Below, one piece after another: positions 1 to 19,448 of a stretch of DNA of 64,000 nt; position 1 is the stretch's first letter, and each line of letters opens with the position of its first letter. The stretch is from assembly GCA_002269645.1 (NCBI GenBank), contig NIVC01000380.1:186001-250000 (forward strand), read 5' to 3'. Below the pieces are notes generated by a model. That model was not told where the DNA came from. It saw only the letters and a list, made by a program, of their open reading frames with translations, and ran no database searches. This DNA comes from Macrostomum lignano (lineage: Eukaryota). The position numbers and the translations under genes were made by a program.

Positions 1-1903
1 TGGTTGCCAAGGCTGTACAGAATCTTGCCAACGGTTGCGCAAGCGGCAACGGAGGCGGCAGCAGTGCCGGAAGCTCTTTCGGATCCAAGGAGCCGCATCT
101 GCAGTTTCTGAACGGATTCCTGGAAAAAAACTTCGCCCAGATGCGGCTGTTCCTGCGAGCGGCGTCGCGTCCGGCGCCGAGGCACTCCCAGCAGCAGCAG
201 CAGGCAGCAGCGATGCCGCGCCTCTCTGGCGGAGGCATCCTCATCGATGTCGGGTACGAGCTCGCCCAGCTGCACTCCATGCTGTCCGCTAGCGACTTCT
301 TGGCGGCTGGCGAGCCATCGCCCGCCATTCTCACCCAGCTGGTCAAAGAATTGGCCACCGTTGATCGCTGCTTATTGACAGACGGAGTTGTGCACGCCGT
401 GGATTCTGCCCGACAGTCGAATGACGATCAGTCTTGGGTGTACAGCAATGTCAGCGATTGTTCTTCGCCTTCGCAACCGCCGCCGCAGCAGCAGCAGCAG
501 CTCCAAGACGATTGGAAGCGAATAGTTGAAGAGGCTCAGAGCTTTACGACTGGCAGCAGTAGCGGTTACCAGAGCTTCACCCCGACGGCTGCCTCCGGAG
601 CGACGGTCGCGTCGGCGCGCACAGCCGACTCGCCGGTGCAGTTCTACAACCCGACCTATCAGAAGGTCGCCACGGCGGCTGCCACCACCGAGGCAGAGGT
701 TGCTGCTCGTCAGAGCAGTCAGGAAGGCGAATACGAGGATGAGCTGGACGCTGACGACTTGTTGCACCGAGGCTCCACGACATCGTCGTCGAATCTGGCC
801 AGCTCGGAGGCCTCGTTCGAACGCGGACTGCTGCCGCCGCCGCCACCGACTCCGCCGGCGTCGAACTTGGACAGGATGACCAGATCCTACCTGCCCGATG
901 CTTCGTCGCGTTTCAGCGGCAGAACGGCAGCTGATCGACAACTGGCGGACAAAGTCAAGATGAAGTCGCGATCTTTGGGACCGGCGAATACATCCAGTGC
1001 TGCTGGCGCCGACGGGTCTGGCACGGTGCGAATGGGAGTTCGGTAAGAGATATGAGCGTCACTCTCCACTACTCGCATCTTCTCATTCAGTAAGGGTATC
1101 GGCACTAGTTATAGGGTGCTAAAATAGCGGCACTAATTATCGTGTTTTAAATTAGTGGCACTAATTATCGGGTGCTAAAATAGCGGCACTAATTATCGTG
1201 TTTTAAATTAGTGGCACTAATTATCGGGTGCTAAAATAGCGGCACTAATTATCGTGTTTTAAATTAGTGGCACTAATTATCGGGTGCTAAAATAGCGGCA
1301 CTAATTATCGTGTTTTAAATTAGTGGCACTAATAATCGTGTAATAGTGTGCAAATAACGGCTCTCACTAGGACTAATAGTTAAAACTAACTTAAAACCTA
1401 AAAATGTTTACACTACTACTGAACTGAAAAAAGTAGCACAATAGCGCATGCACTGAAGTATTGAATATAGAAACTAAATACTTTTCGGCTATTTGTTAAT
1501 TCTATTGCACAGAGTGAGGCAGCAGCAACAACAAAAGACAACCAATGCTATCCAGCAGCAGAGAACACCTGTACAATACGAGTCCGAACTAATGAAGCTG
1601 CAGCGCGAACTGTCAGAGACTCGGCTTCGATTGCATGCCACGGAAGCTCGACTGAGAACAAAGGAAACTGAGAAAGCCCAGCTGATGGCCCAGTTCCAGA
1701 GGCATCACGAGCAACAGCGGCGACTACAGCAGCCGCAGAAGCAACAAAACATGCTTCAAGAATCATTGAGTAACGCAGCTGCAGACACAGCGGCAGTAGG
1801 CGGCACCCAGATGGAGGAGATTATGAGCAGGTTAAGAAGTCTTGAGAGCAGCTTTCAACAGCAGCAGCGATCAACAACTTCAAGTCCAGCTGTTAAGAAT
1901 TAA
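1..1903 (+). CDS. Ras GTPase-activating protein, SynGAP/DAB2IP/RASAL2 family (5'-partial; last two exons)
   Basis: Exons <1-1042 and 1513-1903; donor GTAAGA at 1043, acceptor CACAG at 1512, both phase 2. Frame is open from base 3: VAKAVQNLAN...FGSKEPHLQFLNGFLEKNFAQMRLFL (end of RasGAP domain), then IDVGYELAQLHSML (cf. IDLGRELSxLHxLL), then a C-terminal coiled coil QYESEL...QMEEIMSRLRSLE typical of the family. Confidence 0.85.
1101..1345. repeat. 28-bp minisatellite with alternating variants (56-bp higher-order unit) in RasGAP intron
   Basis: GGCACTAATTATCG recurs every 28 bp, alternating GGTGCTAAAATAGC and TGTTTTAAATTAGT spacers. Confidence 0.9.
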
Positions 1904-2371
1904 TGTCTCAATTATCATCCATTACACTAAAAATTATTATCCCACATCTGTTAACAGCTCGTTATTTATTGTTTATGACGCCTTTTAAAATCTAAATCTT
2001 CTGTATATATTTAATTGGTGTGTTTTGTTCACGCGAAGCTTCACGCTATGCTTTATTTTTCATTGTTTTTGCATACTTCATACTTCATCGTTTAGCTAAC
2101 CTGAAAAGTAATTATGAAATTTAATTAGGTCGTACATTTTCTCCGTTTTAGGGCTATATTTTTATTAAAATTATATGTTCATAACAAAAAATGTTACCTC
2201 ACCTACTTATCAGCAACTGAGTAAGTAGTATGTTAGCAAATACACTTGCAATAAGTTTTGCTTTGCATAACGCTTCAGTGCTCGTAAGAGTCAAATACAG
2301 ACGAAAATATTTTTAAAGTTGTTTTAATTTTTAGATATGTTATAATTATGTTAAAATTTCGTAGATACGAG

Positions 2372-3314
<943 letters not shown>

Positions 3315-3846
3315 AATTAATAAACATGCCGCCATATTGCACTCAAGTGAACCCTAGCTCCAGTTCGTTGCTGTATCGGTTCACCATAAAAAATTAGCAT
3401 ATAAAATTCATAATCGTATTAATTATAAGTTGTTGAAGAATTGTATCACAAATAAAGTCAACAATGCGAGCATTTCCACTCAGCTATGCAATGTAGCAAC
3501 ACTATAAACGAAATTGGTTCAGTTAACACCGACTTTGTTGCCAATAAATTCAGGTGCAAATATATGTTATAAAAGACTTTTATTTAATAATTAGTACATT
3601 TGCCCTGTCTCGACAAAGTGGCTATTAAGAATTTTTTGCGACAAGCCGCCAATGCAGTTCTTCGATTTTTAAGCTCCTTTTCTCTTGCAACGGAAATTCA
3701 GGAACACGAAATTTTCTGGCATTCTCCATAAATTCCCTCCCCCCCCCGGAAATTGCAGACGGCAGAAAAACCGCATCGGGTCAGCGGGGCCGAGAAGGAG
3801 GCTGCTCGGACAGAGTATTTCCTGTCTGGTCAGCTGCTGAAATGGG

Positions 3847-4122
<276 letters not shown>

Positions 4123-4770
4123 TGAATGCAAATGAGTCCCACCAAAACAAGACTGCTAGTCAGTCACTTTCCCTCAATTGGAGCCCAGCCAGACAAACTG
4201 GAGAATTCCCTTCCAGCTTCCCTGCACTCAATGAACTCAGCGGCCTGTTTCGGTGGGGGGAAATTTCCTCAATCAAAAGCAGAAAGCGAACAGTAAAAGA
4301 AGAAGAACAGTTAGTGGAAGAAGTCCTACCCCCCCCCCCAATGTCTTCACCAGCTCACCAGCTTTAGCGTCCAATGGGAGTCGAACACGACATCCCTAGC
4401 CTGGGCGGCGTCCGCCTCCTAAGTACCTCGAGAGGCGGGATTCCCGTAGCGGTTTCTCCCATCCCATCAGCACTGACCTATCCAAATTTGGCAAAGAAAG
4501 TCTCAATTGCAAAGCTTTAGAAATAATTATGCATAAATTACACCTATAAGATTAAGAAGCTGTTTCTGCATGACTATCATTAAGTTCTAATTGGCCTTGA
4601 AATCGACGCCCACACAGGGATCCAGGCAGCCAGGGGGCCAATCTGCACAGGGGTCATTCGGTGCATTATACCTGCAGTTCTGGGCCCTGCAACTCCCGTA
4701 TAAATACTCTGAAATTTCATTCTGCAAGCCAAACTCTACATTAAAGCTTGTATTTAACAGAGTGTCCATC

Positions 4771-8460
<3,690 letters not shown>

Positions 8461-8564
8461 CTTCGCCGAACTCCTGGCAACTAGTATTAGTTCTCAACGC
8501 TTTGCCTATTTGTATAAAATAGTGAGCAGCACACGGTTTAACTCATCTATGCTTGCATCTTTTC

Positions 8565-9905
8565 CTGAGATCTAGGCGCGGATCTATAGAGATAAAAATG
8601 TTCTAGAGGAGGATCTAGAGACTAATCTAGGGGCAGATATCTAGGGGCAGATATCTAAGGGCAGATTTCTATGGGAAACTCTCTAGGAGGGAATCAAGGG
8701 ACGGATCTAGCGACGGATCTACAGACTAATCTAGAGGTAGATATCTAGTGACAGATATCTAGGGGCAGATATCTAGGGGCAGATATCTAGGGGCAGATAT
8801 CTAGGGGCAGATATCTAGGGGCAGATATCTAGGGGCAGATATCTAGGGGCAGATATCTAGGGGCAGATATCTAGGGGCAGATATCTAGGGGCAGATATCT
8901 AGGGGCAGATATCTAGGGGCAGATATCTAGGGGCAGATATCTAGAGGCGGGTATCTCGAGACAAATATCTCTGGATCCGCCTCTAGACCTGCCTCTAGAT
9001 CTGCCCCTAGATCCGCCTCTAGATCTGCCTCTAGATCTGCCTCTAGATCCGCCTTTAGATCCGCCCCTAGATCGGCAACTAGATTCGGCCTAGATCCCCT
9101 CTCAGATAATTGCCCCCTAGATATCTGCCTCTATATATCTTCCTCGAGATATCTGTCTCTAAATACCCGCCCCTAGATATCTGCCCCTAGATATCTGCCT
9201 CTATATATCTTCATGGATCTAGAGGCGGATCTGAGATCTAGGCGCGGATCTATAGAGATAAAAATGTTCTAGAGGAGGATCTAGAGACTAATCTAGGGGC
9301 AGATATCTAGGGGCAGATATCTAAGGGCAGATTTCTATGGGAAACTCTCTAGGAGGGAATCAAGGGACGGATCTAGCGACGGATCTACAGACTAATCTAG
9401 AGGTAGATATCTAGTGACAGATATCTAGGGGCAGATATCTAGGGGCAGATATCTAGGGGCAGATATCTAGGGGCAGATATCTAGGGGCAGATATCTAGGG
9501 GCAGATATCTAGGGGCAGATATCTAGGGGCAGATATCTAGGGGCAGATATCTAGGGGCAGATATCTAGAGGCGGGTATCTCGAGACAAATATCTCTGGAT
9601 CCGCCTCTAGACCTGCCTCTAGATCTGCCCCTAGATCCGCCTCTAGATCTGCCTCTAGATCTGCCTCTAGATCCGCCTTTAGATCCGCCCCTAGATCGGC
9701 AACTAGATTCGGCCTAGATCCCCTCTCAGATAATTGCCCCCTAGATATCTGCCTCTATATATCTTCCTCGAGATATCTGTCTCTAAATACCCGCCCCTAG
9801 ATATCTGCCCCTAGATATCTGCCTCTATATATCTTCATGGATCTAGAGGCGGATCTAGAGATGGATCTTGAGGCGGATCTAGGGGTAAATCTAGAAGCGG
9901 ATCTT
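8565..9905. repeat. Tandemly duplicated foldback-type repeat built from the 14-bp AGATATCTAGGGGC module
   Basis: Copy 1 8565-9230 and copy 2 9231-~9855 both start CTGAGATCTAGGCGCG; each has the 14-mer array followed by reverse-complement modules (GCCCCTAGATATCT). Confidence 0.85.
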
Positions 9906-10844
9906 GAAAATGAAAAAAATCGGTCAAGTGTTGGATCCAAAAGCCAATCTAAGCGTCATCATTGTCCACGCGACGGCGCATAGATTAACAATTTATTCTG
10001 TTCATATTTATAGATAATTTTTTTATAATTTAAACGTACAATTAAAGCATTGACGCTGATTCACTGGCCTTGAATGTGTAAATTATGGACAATGTTTAGC
10101 AATAGCTACCCGTATACGTGTAATCTCATGCGCTTTTATTTTTAGTATCCTGGTTTTACTAAACATTTCTAACTTTTATTTAAAGGCACGTGACAAAGTC
10201 GGAAGAATTTAATTTCCGACTTAAAAAAACACCGTTTTCCCTGTTTTACTACCTTTTTAAGCGCACTTGTATAAAATCCGTAATGATGTGCTATTTTTAG
10301 AAACAGAGAACCCTCTTACGCGGCGGCGGGATTTCCCCGACGAACGGCCATGGGGTGACTCATTCTCATCACTTGTAAAACTTTTTAGCGGACCAAAATT
10401 CTCTCGCCGAGCGAGTGGAAGTTATAACAATTTAGACGGCTTTTTATCAAATTTTGTTCATTCGTTTTCGACAATTTCGTTTATTATGCAATTGAGCAAA
10501 TCCAAATATTAATTGGTTTGCTTGCAATTTTCGTGCCTTTGTTTATTCAGATTTTTCCACCTCGAGAACAATCGAGAATGTTTCGACGAACGCAAAATTT
10601 CCTATAGCTTTTTGATATGGGAAATATTGTTGAATTTTTACATTGTTTGTTTTACTTTTTGACAATAAGCGCTTCTGATATCAGGTGCTTCTTCATGCTA
10701 TACTGTGTTAAGCATTAATCTATTTATTATAGTGTGACTACTGACCTACTCCAGAAATCTATGCACTGCCTTTTAAAAAACAAAATGGTTTAAATTTATT
10801 TTGTTTTGAAAAAATGCTTTGAAGAAGGAAAGAAGGGGCGCCAT

Positions 10845-11045
10845 GCCGATGCAGAGGGCGCCATGAAGAAGGTGAGGGCGTCATGATGAAGGAAAAGGCG
10901 TCATGATGAAGGAAGGGGCGCCATGATGAAGAAAGAGGCGCCTTGATGAAGGATGGGGCGCCTTGATGAACGAAGGGGCGCCATGGGAAGGGGCGCCGTG
11001 ATAAAGGAAGGGGCACCTTGATGAAGGAAGAGGTGCCATGAAGAA
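10845..11045. repeat. ~20-bp purine-rich minisatellite
   Basis: GAAGGAAGGGGCGCCATGAT-like units. Confidence 0.8.
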
Positions 11046-11561
11046 GAAAGAGGCCGCTAAGTCTTCGTGCCTCCAAAATGGTATAAGGAATTACGTGTAA
11101 AAAATTGGATATAACTAAATTCTAAATTTGGCTTGTAAGCAATGGATTGGGTGGGTTGGGTATGTCACATTTTCTTACATTTTTAAACTGTCCCTTCCAA
11201 CTAAAGTTGAGTACAAAATGACTAATGCAGCGATGCCACTTCACTTCTGCTTGGACATTTTTTTACTCAAAATACCTTCAAGCGGTTTTGCGTGAGTCAG
11301 TGAAAGCTTGCAGACTGCAGGCCCGATGCCACACCTTGAAACGCCGGCTGACTCACTGGTGGGGCTATTTTAAGAAAAATTGACTAAAAAGTCTCAGTTA
11401 AAATCTGTGCGTGGGCGGATAAACGTTTGGCTGGTGGTCGATTGGCCTAAATTTCCACAATCTTGGGAGTAGGAAATTTAGGGGCAAAAGTTGTTGATCA
11501 TTTCTGTTAGTCTACTAGCTAACCTTTGCTTTTGGGTGGGCGGTTGCCGAGTGCTGAGGGA

Positions 11562-13331
<1,770 letters not shown>

Positions 13332-13849
13332 TTATTTAGCTCGATGTATTTAAATGTAAAGTCGACAAAACGCCGAGTAGAGCACCGCAGGTTCATTTTA
13401 TTGTTTATGCATCAAGAATCAGTCAACAGAGTTCGCACCAACGCAAATTTACCAAAGTTCCCTGTTTTTGATGTCATCGCAGTTCACCAGAGCCTCCAAA
13501 TATAGCAATTACGGCGCACTCTTCCTGATCACGTGGGCGGAAGAAGTTGGTTTGGCACAGTTTAGAGAACAACGAGCCTTTACTGCGCAAAAAAAGTTAT
13601 CCGTAAACAAATTCTATAGGTGATTCCGCTGATGACGCAAAATGACGTCATTGAGTTCGGATTAGCAAAGATAGTTGCAAAGTCAGAGCAGGGCAACTTT
13701 CTGTTTAAAATGTTGGAAGAAAACTTTCAAACTTTAACACGCGCATACGCGCATGTCCTTAACTGACTACTTAATATTACACTGTGCCGCATTGTTAGGT
13801 AAAGAATATGTAGAAGTCTTCAGTGGGAGATGCAGGGCCAGAGCACGAG

Positions 13850-14150
13850 GAGCAGCAGCAGGCACTTGGGGGTCAGGGGAGGGGCAGCAGCAGGCACTGA
13901 GGGGTCAGGGGAGGGGCAGCAGCAGGCACTGAGGGGTCAGGGGAGGGGCAGCAGCAGGCACTGAGGGGTCAGGGGAGGGGCAGCAGCAGGCACTGAAGCA
14001 TCAGGGGAGGGGCAGCAGCAGGCACTGAAGCATCAGGGGAGGGGCAGAAGCAGGCACTGAAGCATCAGGGGAGGGGCAGCAGCAGGCACTGAAGCATCAG
14101 GGGAGGGGCAGCAGCAGGCACTGAAGCATCAGGGGAGGGGCAGCAGCAGT
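13850..14150. repeat. 32-bp GC-rich minisatellite
   Basis: Unit AGCAGGCACTGA(GGGG/AGCA)TCAGGGGAGGGGCAGC, about 9 copies. Confidence 0.92.
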
Positions 14151-14737
14151 GTGCAAAACACTATATATCAGAAAATATTATGACCTAAGCGAAAATCTTA
14201 TTTTAAACCCAGCTGAAAGTGCTACAAAAGCATCGTACAGTTGTTTTAGTGCAAGCTAGTTTTAAGTTTATTATATCTCCTGCCACCTGCCAACAGTCCC
14301 CGTACAGCAACATTAATTGATGAGAAGCTGTATGGCAGCTTCTATGCAATATTATCGGCATTAAAGTAGCGAAGGCAGGGAGAGCAACACAACGTAAACC
14401 ACTCACTCTGTCTCCTCGAGTACCATATGCAGCCCTGCATATTTCTCAGTCTCGCGCTGCGGCAGTACAGGTGTCAGGGACGTCTGCGAAAGACAATCTG
14501 GACTATAGAAAGCTGACGATAGCTTTTACTTAACTTTCGTGTGCTCAAATGTTTTCCAACGATTTTTTCAATTTCTATGATTGATAAATTGACAAGCTAA
14601 GAACAGGGAACTTACAAGGCAACTTCACAAATTTGAAGTTCATAGTAAACTTCTCTGCACAGCTGTAGAAATAAACACCTATGCATAGTCTACGAGCGTA
14701 GACTACAGGGTCTGCGGTCAAGGGGCCAAAGCAGTGC

Positions 14738-15850
14738 CCCTAAATATCACATGTACAAGACACATCACAAACCCTAAATGTCATAACCCCTAAATATCAC
14801 ATGTACAAGACACATCACAAACCCTAAATGTCATAGCCCCTAAATATCACATATACAAGACACATCACAAACCCTAAATGTCATAGCCCCTAAATATCAC
14901 ATTTACATGACACATCACAAACCCTAAATGTCATAGCCCCTAAATATCACATATACAAGACACATCACAAACCCTAAATGTCATAACCCCTAAATATCAC
15001 ATTTACATGACACATCACAAACCCTAAATGTCATAAGCCCTAAATATCACACATGACACATCACAAACCCTAAATGTCATAGCCCCTAAATATCACATTT
15101 ACATGACACATCACAAACCCTAAATGTCATAGCCCCTAAATATCACATTTACATGACACATCACAAACCCTAAATGTCATAAGCCCTAAATATCACATTT
15201 ACATGACACATCACAAACCCTAAATGTCATAAGCCCTAAATATCACATTTACATGACACATCACAAACCCTAAATGTCATAAGCCCTAAATATCACATTT
15301 ACATGACACATCACAAACCCTAAATGTCATAGCCCCTAAATATCACATTTACATGACACATCACAAACCCTAAATGTCATAAGCCCTAAATATCACATTT
15401 ACATGACACATCACAAACCCTAAATGTCATAGCCCCTAAATATCACATTTACATGACACATCACAAACCCTAAATGTCATAAGCCCTAAATATCACATTT
15501 ACATGACACATCACAAACCCTAAATGTCATAACCCCTAAATATCACATTTACATGACACATCACAAACCCTAAATGTCATAGCCCCTAAATATCACATTT
15601 ACATGACACATCACAAACCCTAAATGTCATAAGCCCTAAATATCACATTTACATGACACATCACAAACCCTAAATGTCATAACCCCTAAATATCACATTT
15701 ACATGACACATCACAAACCCTAAATGTCATAGCCCCTAAATATCACATTTACATGACACATCACAAACCCTAAATGTCATAAGCCCTAAATATCACATTT
15801 ACATGACACATCACAAACCCTAAATGTCATAACCCCTGAATATCACATTC
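14738..15850. repeat. 50-bp minisatellite, ~22 copies
   Basis: Unit CCCTAAATATCACATTTACATGACACATCACAAACCCTAAATGTCAT(AGC/AAG/AAC); period 50 measured at 15481/15531. Confidence 0.95.
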
Positions 15851-16269
15851 TCTAAAAGCTTAAAAGACATCACAAACCACAATAGGGTTTAGAGAAGTTT
15901 AGAGAATGGGATTAGGGTTTATGATGCAGGTTCTGAGACGATGTCGCCGAAGACGTTGCGCCAGGGTGCCCAAAGCCCTCCTGAAAACATTTCGTTTTTA
16001 TCTGCATGGCTTCCAGTCCAGCAATGCTGCTTTCAGAGTCCTTGCCCGTTGCTAGTGCGCTTTTCGTTCCAGCCACAGCGGCAGCAACAGCTCCAGACAA
16101 GACAATGCAGCATAACCGTAACAGTCGAAGTGAAAAGAAGAGATGGCTATAGACGGAAATTATATAGACCTGGTATTGCAGTCCTGCGGTGGTTACAAAC
16201 TCAGAGCGGAGCGAAGAGTTCTTTCTGTTAGCCAAAGCCAAAGTAACCCAGCCAGCTGCAGTTGTCGAA

Positions 16270-19200
16270 ATGGCCAACGTTCGGGCCAGAAACTTGCCGA
16301 GAGTTCGAGAGGCGTTGGAGAAAGCTGAGCGAGCCCGATTCTATAAGCAGAGAACAAACAAGTACACGGACGAGGTCAGACTGATGAACTCTTTGACAGG
16401 TCTGGAGAATCAGCGCATTGCGGCCCTGGCCAGGATCAAGGAGCAGACCATGGACCTGAGAATGCAGGCTCTGCATATCAAAGAAGAGGAGGAGGCCTTT
16501 TTGAAGGCCGACACTGTCGGTTTTGACGAGCTGAAACGAAAAGTAGAGATTAATAAGCATAGAAACTTTCTTCAGGAGGTCAAGTACAAGCCTAGTAAGT
16601 TTTTACGATTGTTTGTAAGCTTGAATATGTTTTCCTTGAAGTGAAGCTTCATCAACGGAAGCTGATAGAATGTAGCTCAAGTGGACCAGAGTGGACCACG
16701 CGTAGACCACTCTAGCCCTGCAACCCCAGCTGATTCGAATCATTCATTGGCCGGTGGGTTTTCGAACTTGTCGTGCTATTCACAGCCAACCGCCATGAGG
16801 CACAGAGTGTGTACATGCTTGACGATTTGAAAGTCAGGGCCGATGTACACCCTGTGTGAGCGTGTGTGTGCTTTTATCTGCTCAGGAGTCAGTGGAATGG
16901 GCCTGAAGGCGTTGCGACAGGATGTCTCAGAGCCTTGCTGTGGATATCTATTAATTAAGAAGCTTAGGGCTCACCATCTGCAAATCAAAAGAGCCTCAAA
17001 ATACCTCAAACAGTACCTCCGCAGTTACCCAACCGAAAATCTAACTTGTTCATTCAAACGCAACCAGGACGAATCCGTGACGACTTTGTACGCCGCTACG
17101 AGCGCTGGAAAGCCGAGGACGCCGAAGTGGATGACTGGCGCTTTGAAATGCCGACAAGGCAGCCGCAGGTGCGCCTCAACGAACAGCTGATCTACCCGGC
17201 TAAACGCGAGCGAAAGCAGAATTTTCGCCAGTACCTGGAGGTCACTCGACGGCCGGACTCAAAGCTTGGCGCCAAAGCTGTACTCCGACTGCGCGATTTG
17301 TACACGGATGACAAGACGGATGCCGATCGACTGTTCTACGAGGAGCTCGAGCAGGAGTTGAGCGCTCGGTCTGAGGCGGAGAGTCAGCAGCAGCAACAAC
17401 AGCAGCAGCAGGATCAGCAACAGTCGGTCGAAGCGTCACCGTTTGTGACGCAACAACTTGGCCTGGCACACGCTGTGCAAGCCCATGTAGGTTGATGAAT
17501 TTCTGGCAGAAATGCGCAAGGAAAAAGCATCATAATATTACTAACTCATCTTAACTCTGGCATTCCTGAATGTCAGAGCAGCTCAGTGATAAGCACCCAG
17601 GATCCCATGCAGCTGCTTTGATATAGTGCGCCGTCCCACGTTCATTTTGGAACTGCTGCAAGGAGGTTGTCGTGCGATTCAAAAGCCAAAACCTTAAGAC
17701 CCAGAGTGCACATGCCTGAAAATTAGAAAGCCAGGGCTTCTGTACACCCTGCGTGAGCGTGAGTGTGAGTGTGCGCGTCTTCGTACAGTTGTAATTGGCG
17801 CGCTTGTGATGAGATGAGAGTTGCCTGCTCAGGGGCCAAGAGAATGGGCATTACTGCTTGTCTTCTCACCAATTCATTAGCTCACTAATTTGTCTCTACA
17901 GGCAATGCAACGAATCCTTGGCCAGATTGAGTCCACACGACGCTCCATCAAATTCTGGGAGATCCCAGCAAGCCAATGGACTCGGGAGAAACTCGACGAA
18001 TGCCACCAGCGCAGGCGGTACCGAGTCAGACGACGTAAGCAGAATAAGCCGGAAGTTCAAGAGGATCAACAGCCTGACAAGGAGGTGGCTGAAGATGATG
18101 ACGAAACGGTGACCCAGGACGAAGGCTCCCTCGAAGATGGCGGCAAAGTTCGATTCCGCCAGTCGAATCGACGCCTAATGAAAAAGAAATCGATGGTGGA
18201 TCCACAAAGCGATCAGCCGACCGCGACGGGCAGCGATGAGGACTCGACTTCGGCTGCCACGGCTGGTGACGACAACGAAGAAGGCCAGCGGGAACGAGTC
18301 CGGAAGCTCAGCAAACGGCTCAGCCGCGATTTCCGCTCCGAAGACTTCAACAAGCATCGACAGTCGCTCATTCAAGAGCTAGACGAAGAGGGCGTCAGTC
18401 CGCAGGAGCGGCTACGACGAATGCGCGAGTTTGAGAAGGCCTGGACCGAGGTGCTCAAGTGCAAGTACATACGGGGCTACGAACCGCCGGATATGCGCCT
18501 GCCGGAGGGTCAGACAGCAACGGATTTCGTCTTTGGCGAGGCTGAGGTGAGTCACCTCAGTAGATTAGTAGAAAGTAAAAAATGAACTGAATGTGCAAGA
18601 CAACCAGGTACATGTATGATTCGTAGTCAGATAGTAGATACCAGACGTGTCTAATGTGGCTCAAAAGTGTTTCAAATGACACATGTGTCTATAGCAGGGG
18701 TCGGAAAACTCCGTCCCGCTTGCCACATGCGGCCCGCAAAGCCTCTCTATCTGGCCCTCGGGTCCTAGGACACTTTCGAATAGCAATCCGTCCCACTCAA
18801 GGTTTGTCTCTTCTCAGTTATATCTCATCTCCAGCTTTCCTCTTATCTCTTATCTCCTCTAATCTCTTCTTCTCTCCTTTCTTCTCACTCATCGCTCATA
18901 GCCTCTCTCATCTCGCTTCTTACCTCTCCTCTCTTCTGTCATCTCTCATCTCTTTCTTTCTTATCTCTCCCCCATTCCTTCTCCTTTCCACTTTCATCTG
19001 GCCCGCAGCCATGAGTTAGATTCTTTATCTGGCCCTTGAGGTCAAAAGTTTGCCGACACCTGCTATGAGCGTATAAAGTGTCTGAATGCCACAAGAAGGG
19101 CGTTGTTGAACCAACATACACAGTTTTAAGACTGTGTGCAACGGTCGCAACTGCCACATCTGTATATATGTAATGCATTTCCAACGCATCCCAGAGAGCC

Positions 19201-19448
19201 GATACCCCATAGTAGCAGCTCAGTAAATCCATTGTTTCTTCATTGTTCATTTTCAGGTTCGAGCATTAGACAAAATCGTTGAAGAAGCAGCAGCATCCGC
19301 TGAGACCACCGAGATTTCCGACAGACCGTCAGATGTTATCGCTGTCGATGAAGTCGACCAATCCGCTCAGGAAAATGACGAAAAACACCCGCGGGAATCT
19401 GGAATTGTCGAAGTTGGCGACGACGAAAACAAAAACGACACACGCTGA
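16270..19448 (+). CDS. Uncharacterised coiled-coil / low-complexity protein, 526 aa
   Basis: Exons 16270-16594, 17068-17486, 17902-18546, 19257-19448; GT-AG with phases 1,0,0; 1581 nt = 527 codons with no internal stop. N-terminal coiled coil, poly-Q, acidic linker, WTEVLKCKYIRGYEPP motif. No family recognised. Confidence 0.75.
16672..16905 (+). mobile_element. tRNA-derived SINE-like element (family B, copy 1)
   Basis: A-box-like GTAGCTCAAGTGG at 16672 and B-box-like GATTCGAATC at 16732; body homologous to 17578-17850 and 33420-33660. Confidence 0.55.
17578..17850 (+). mobile_element. SINE-like element (family B, copy 2)
   Basis: Shares TTGTCGTGC, GTGCACATGCCTG, AAAGYCAGGGC, TGTACACCCTGYGTGAGCGTG and CTGCTCAGG blocks in the same order as copy 1. 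Confidence 0.5.

Noticed and set aside
372-1105. Overlapping antisense and alternate-frame ORFs over GC-rich exons (also around 16-18 kb and 52-53 kb)
   Set aside because: Shadow ORFs of real coding exons with no independent motif support.
4376-4440. B-box-like GTGTTCGACTCCC on the minus strand
   Set aside because: No convincing A box or cloverleaf; cannot support a tRNA or SINE call.
13520-13655. E-box/GC-box/CRE motif cluster (CACGTGGGCGGAAG, TGACGTCA) and AP-1 sites at ~10357, 11293, 11349
   Set aside because: Short motifs expected by chance; no adjacent gene start to tie them to.
13455-14613. 12-bp inverted repeat AAGTTCCCTGTT (13455) / AACAGGGAACTT (14602) as possible transposon TIRs
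   Set aside because: Too short, no clear target-site duplication and no transposase remnant between them.
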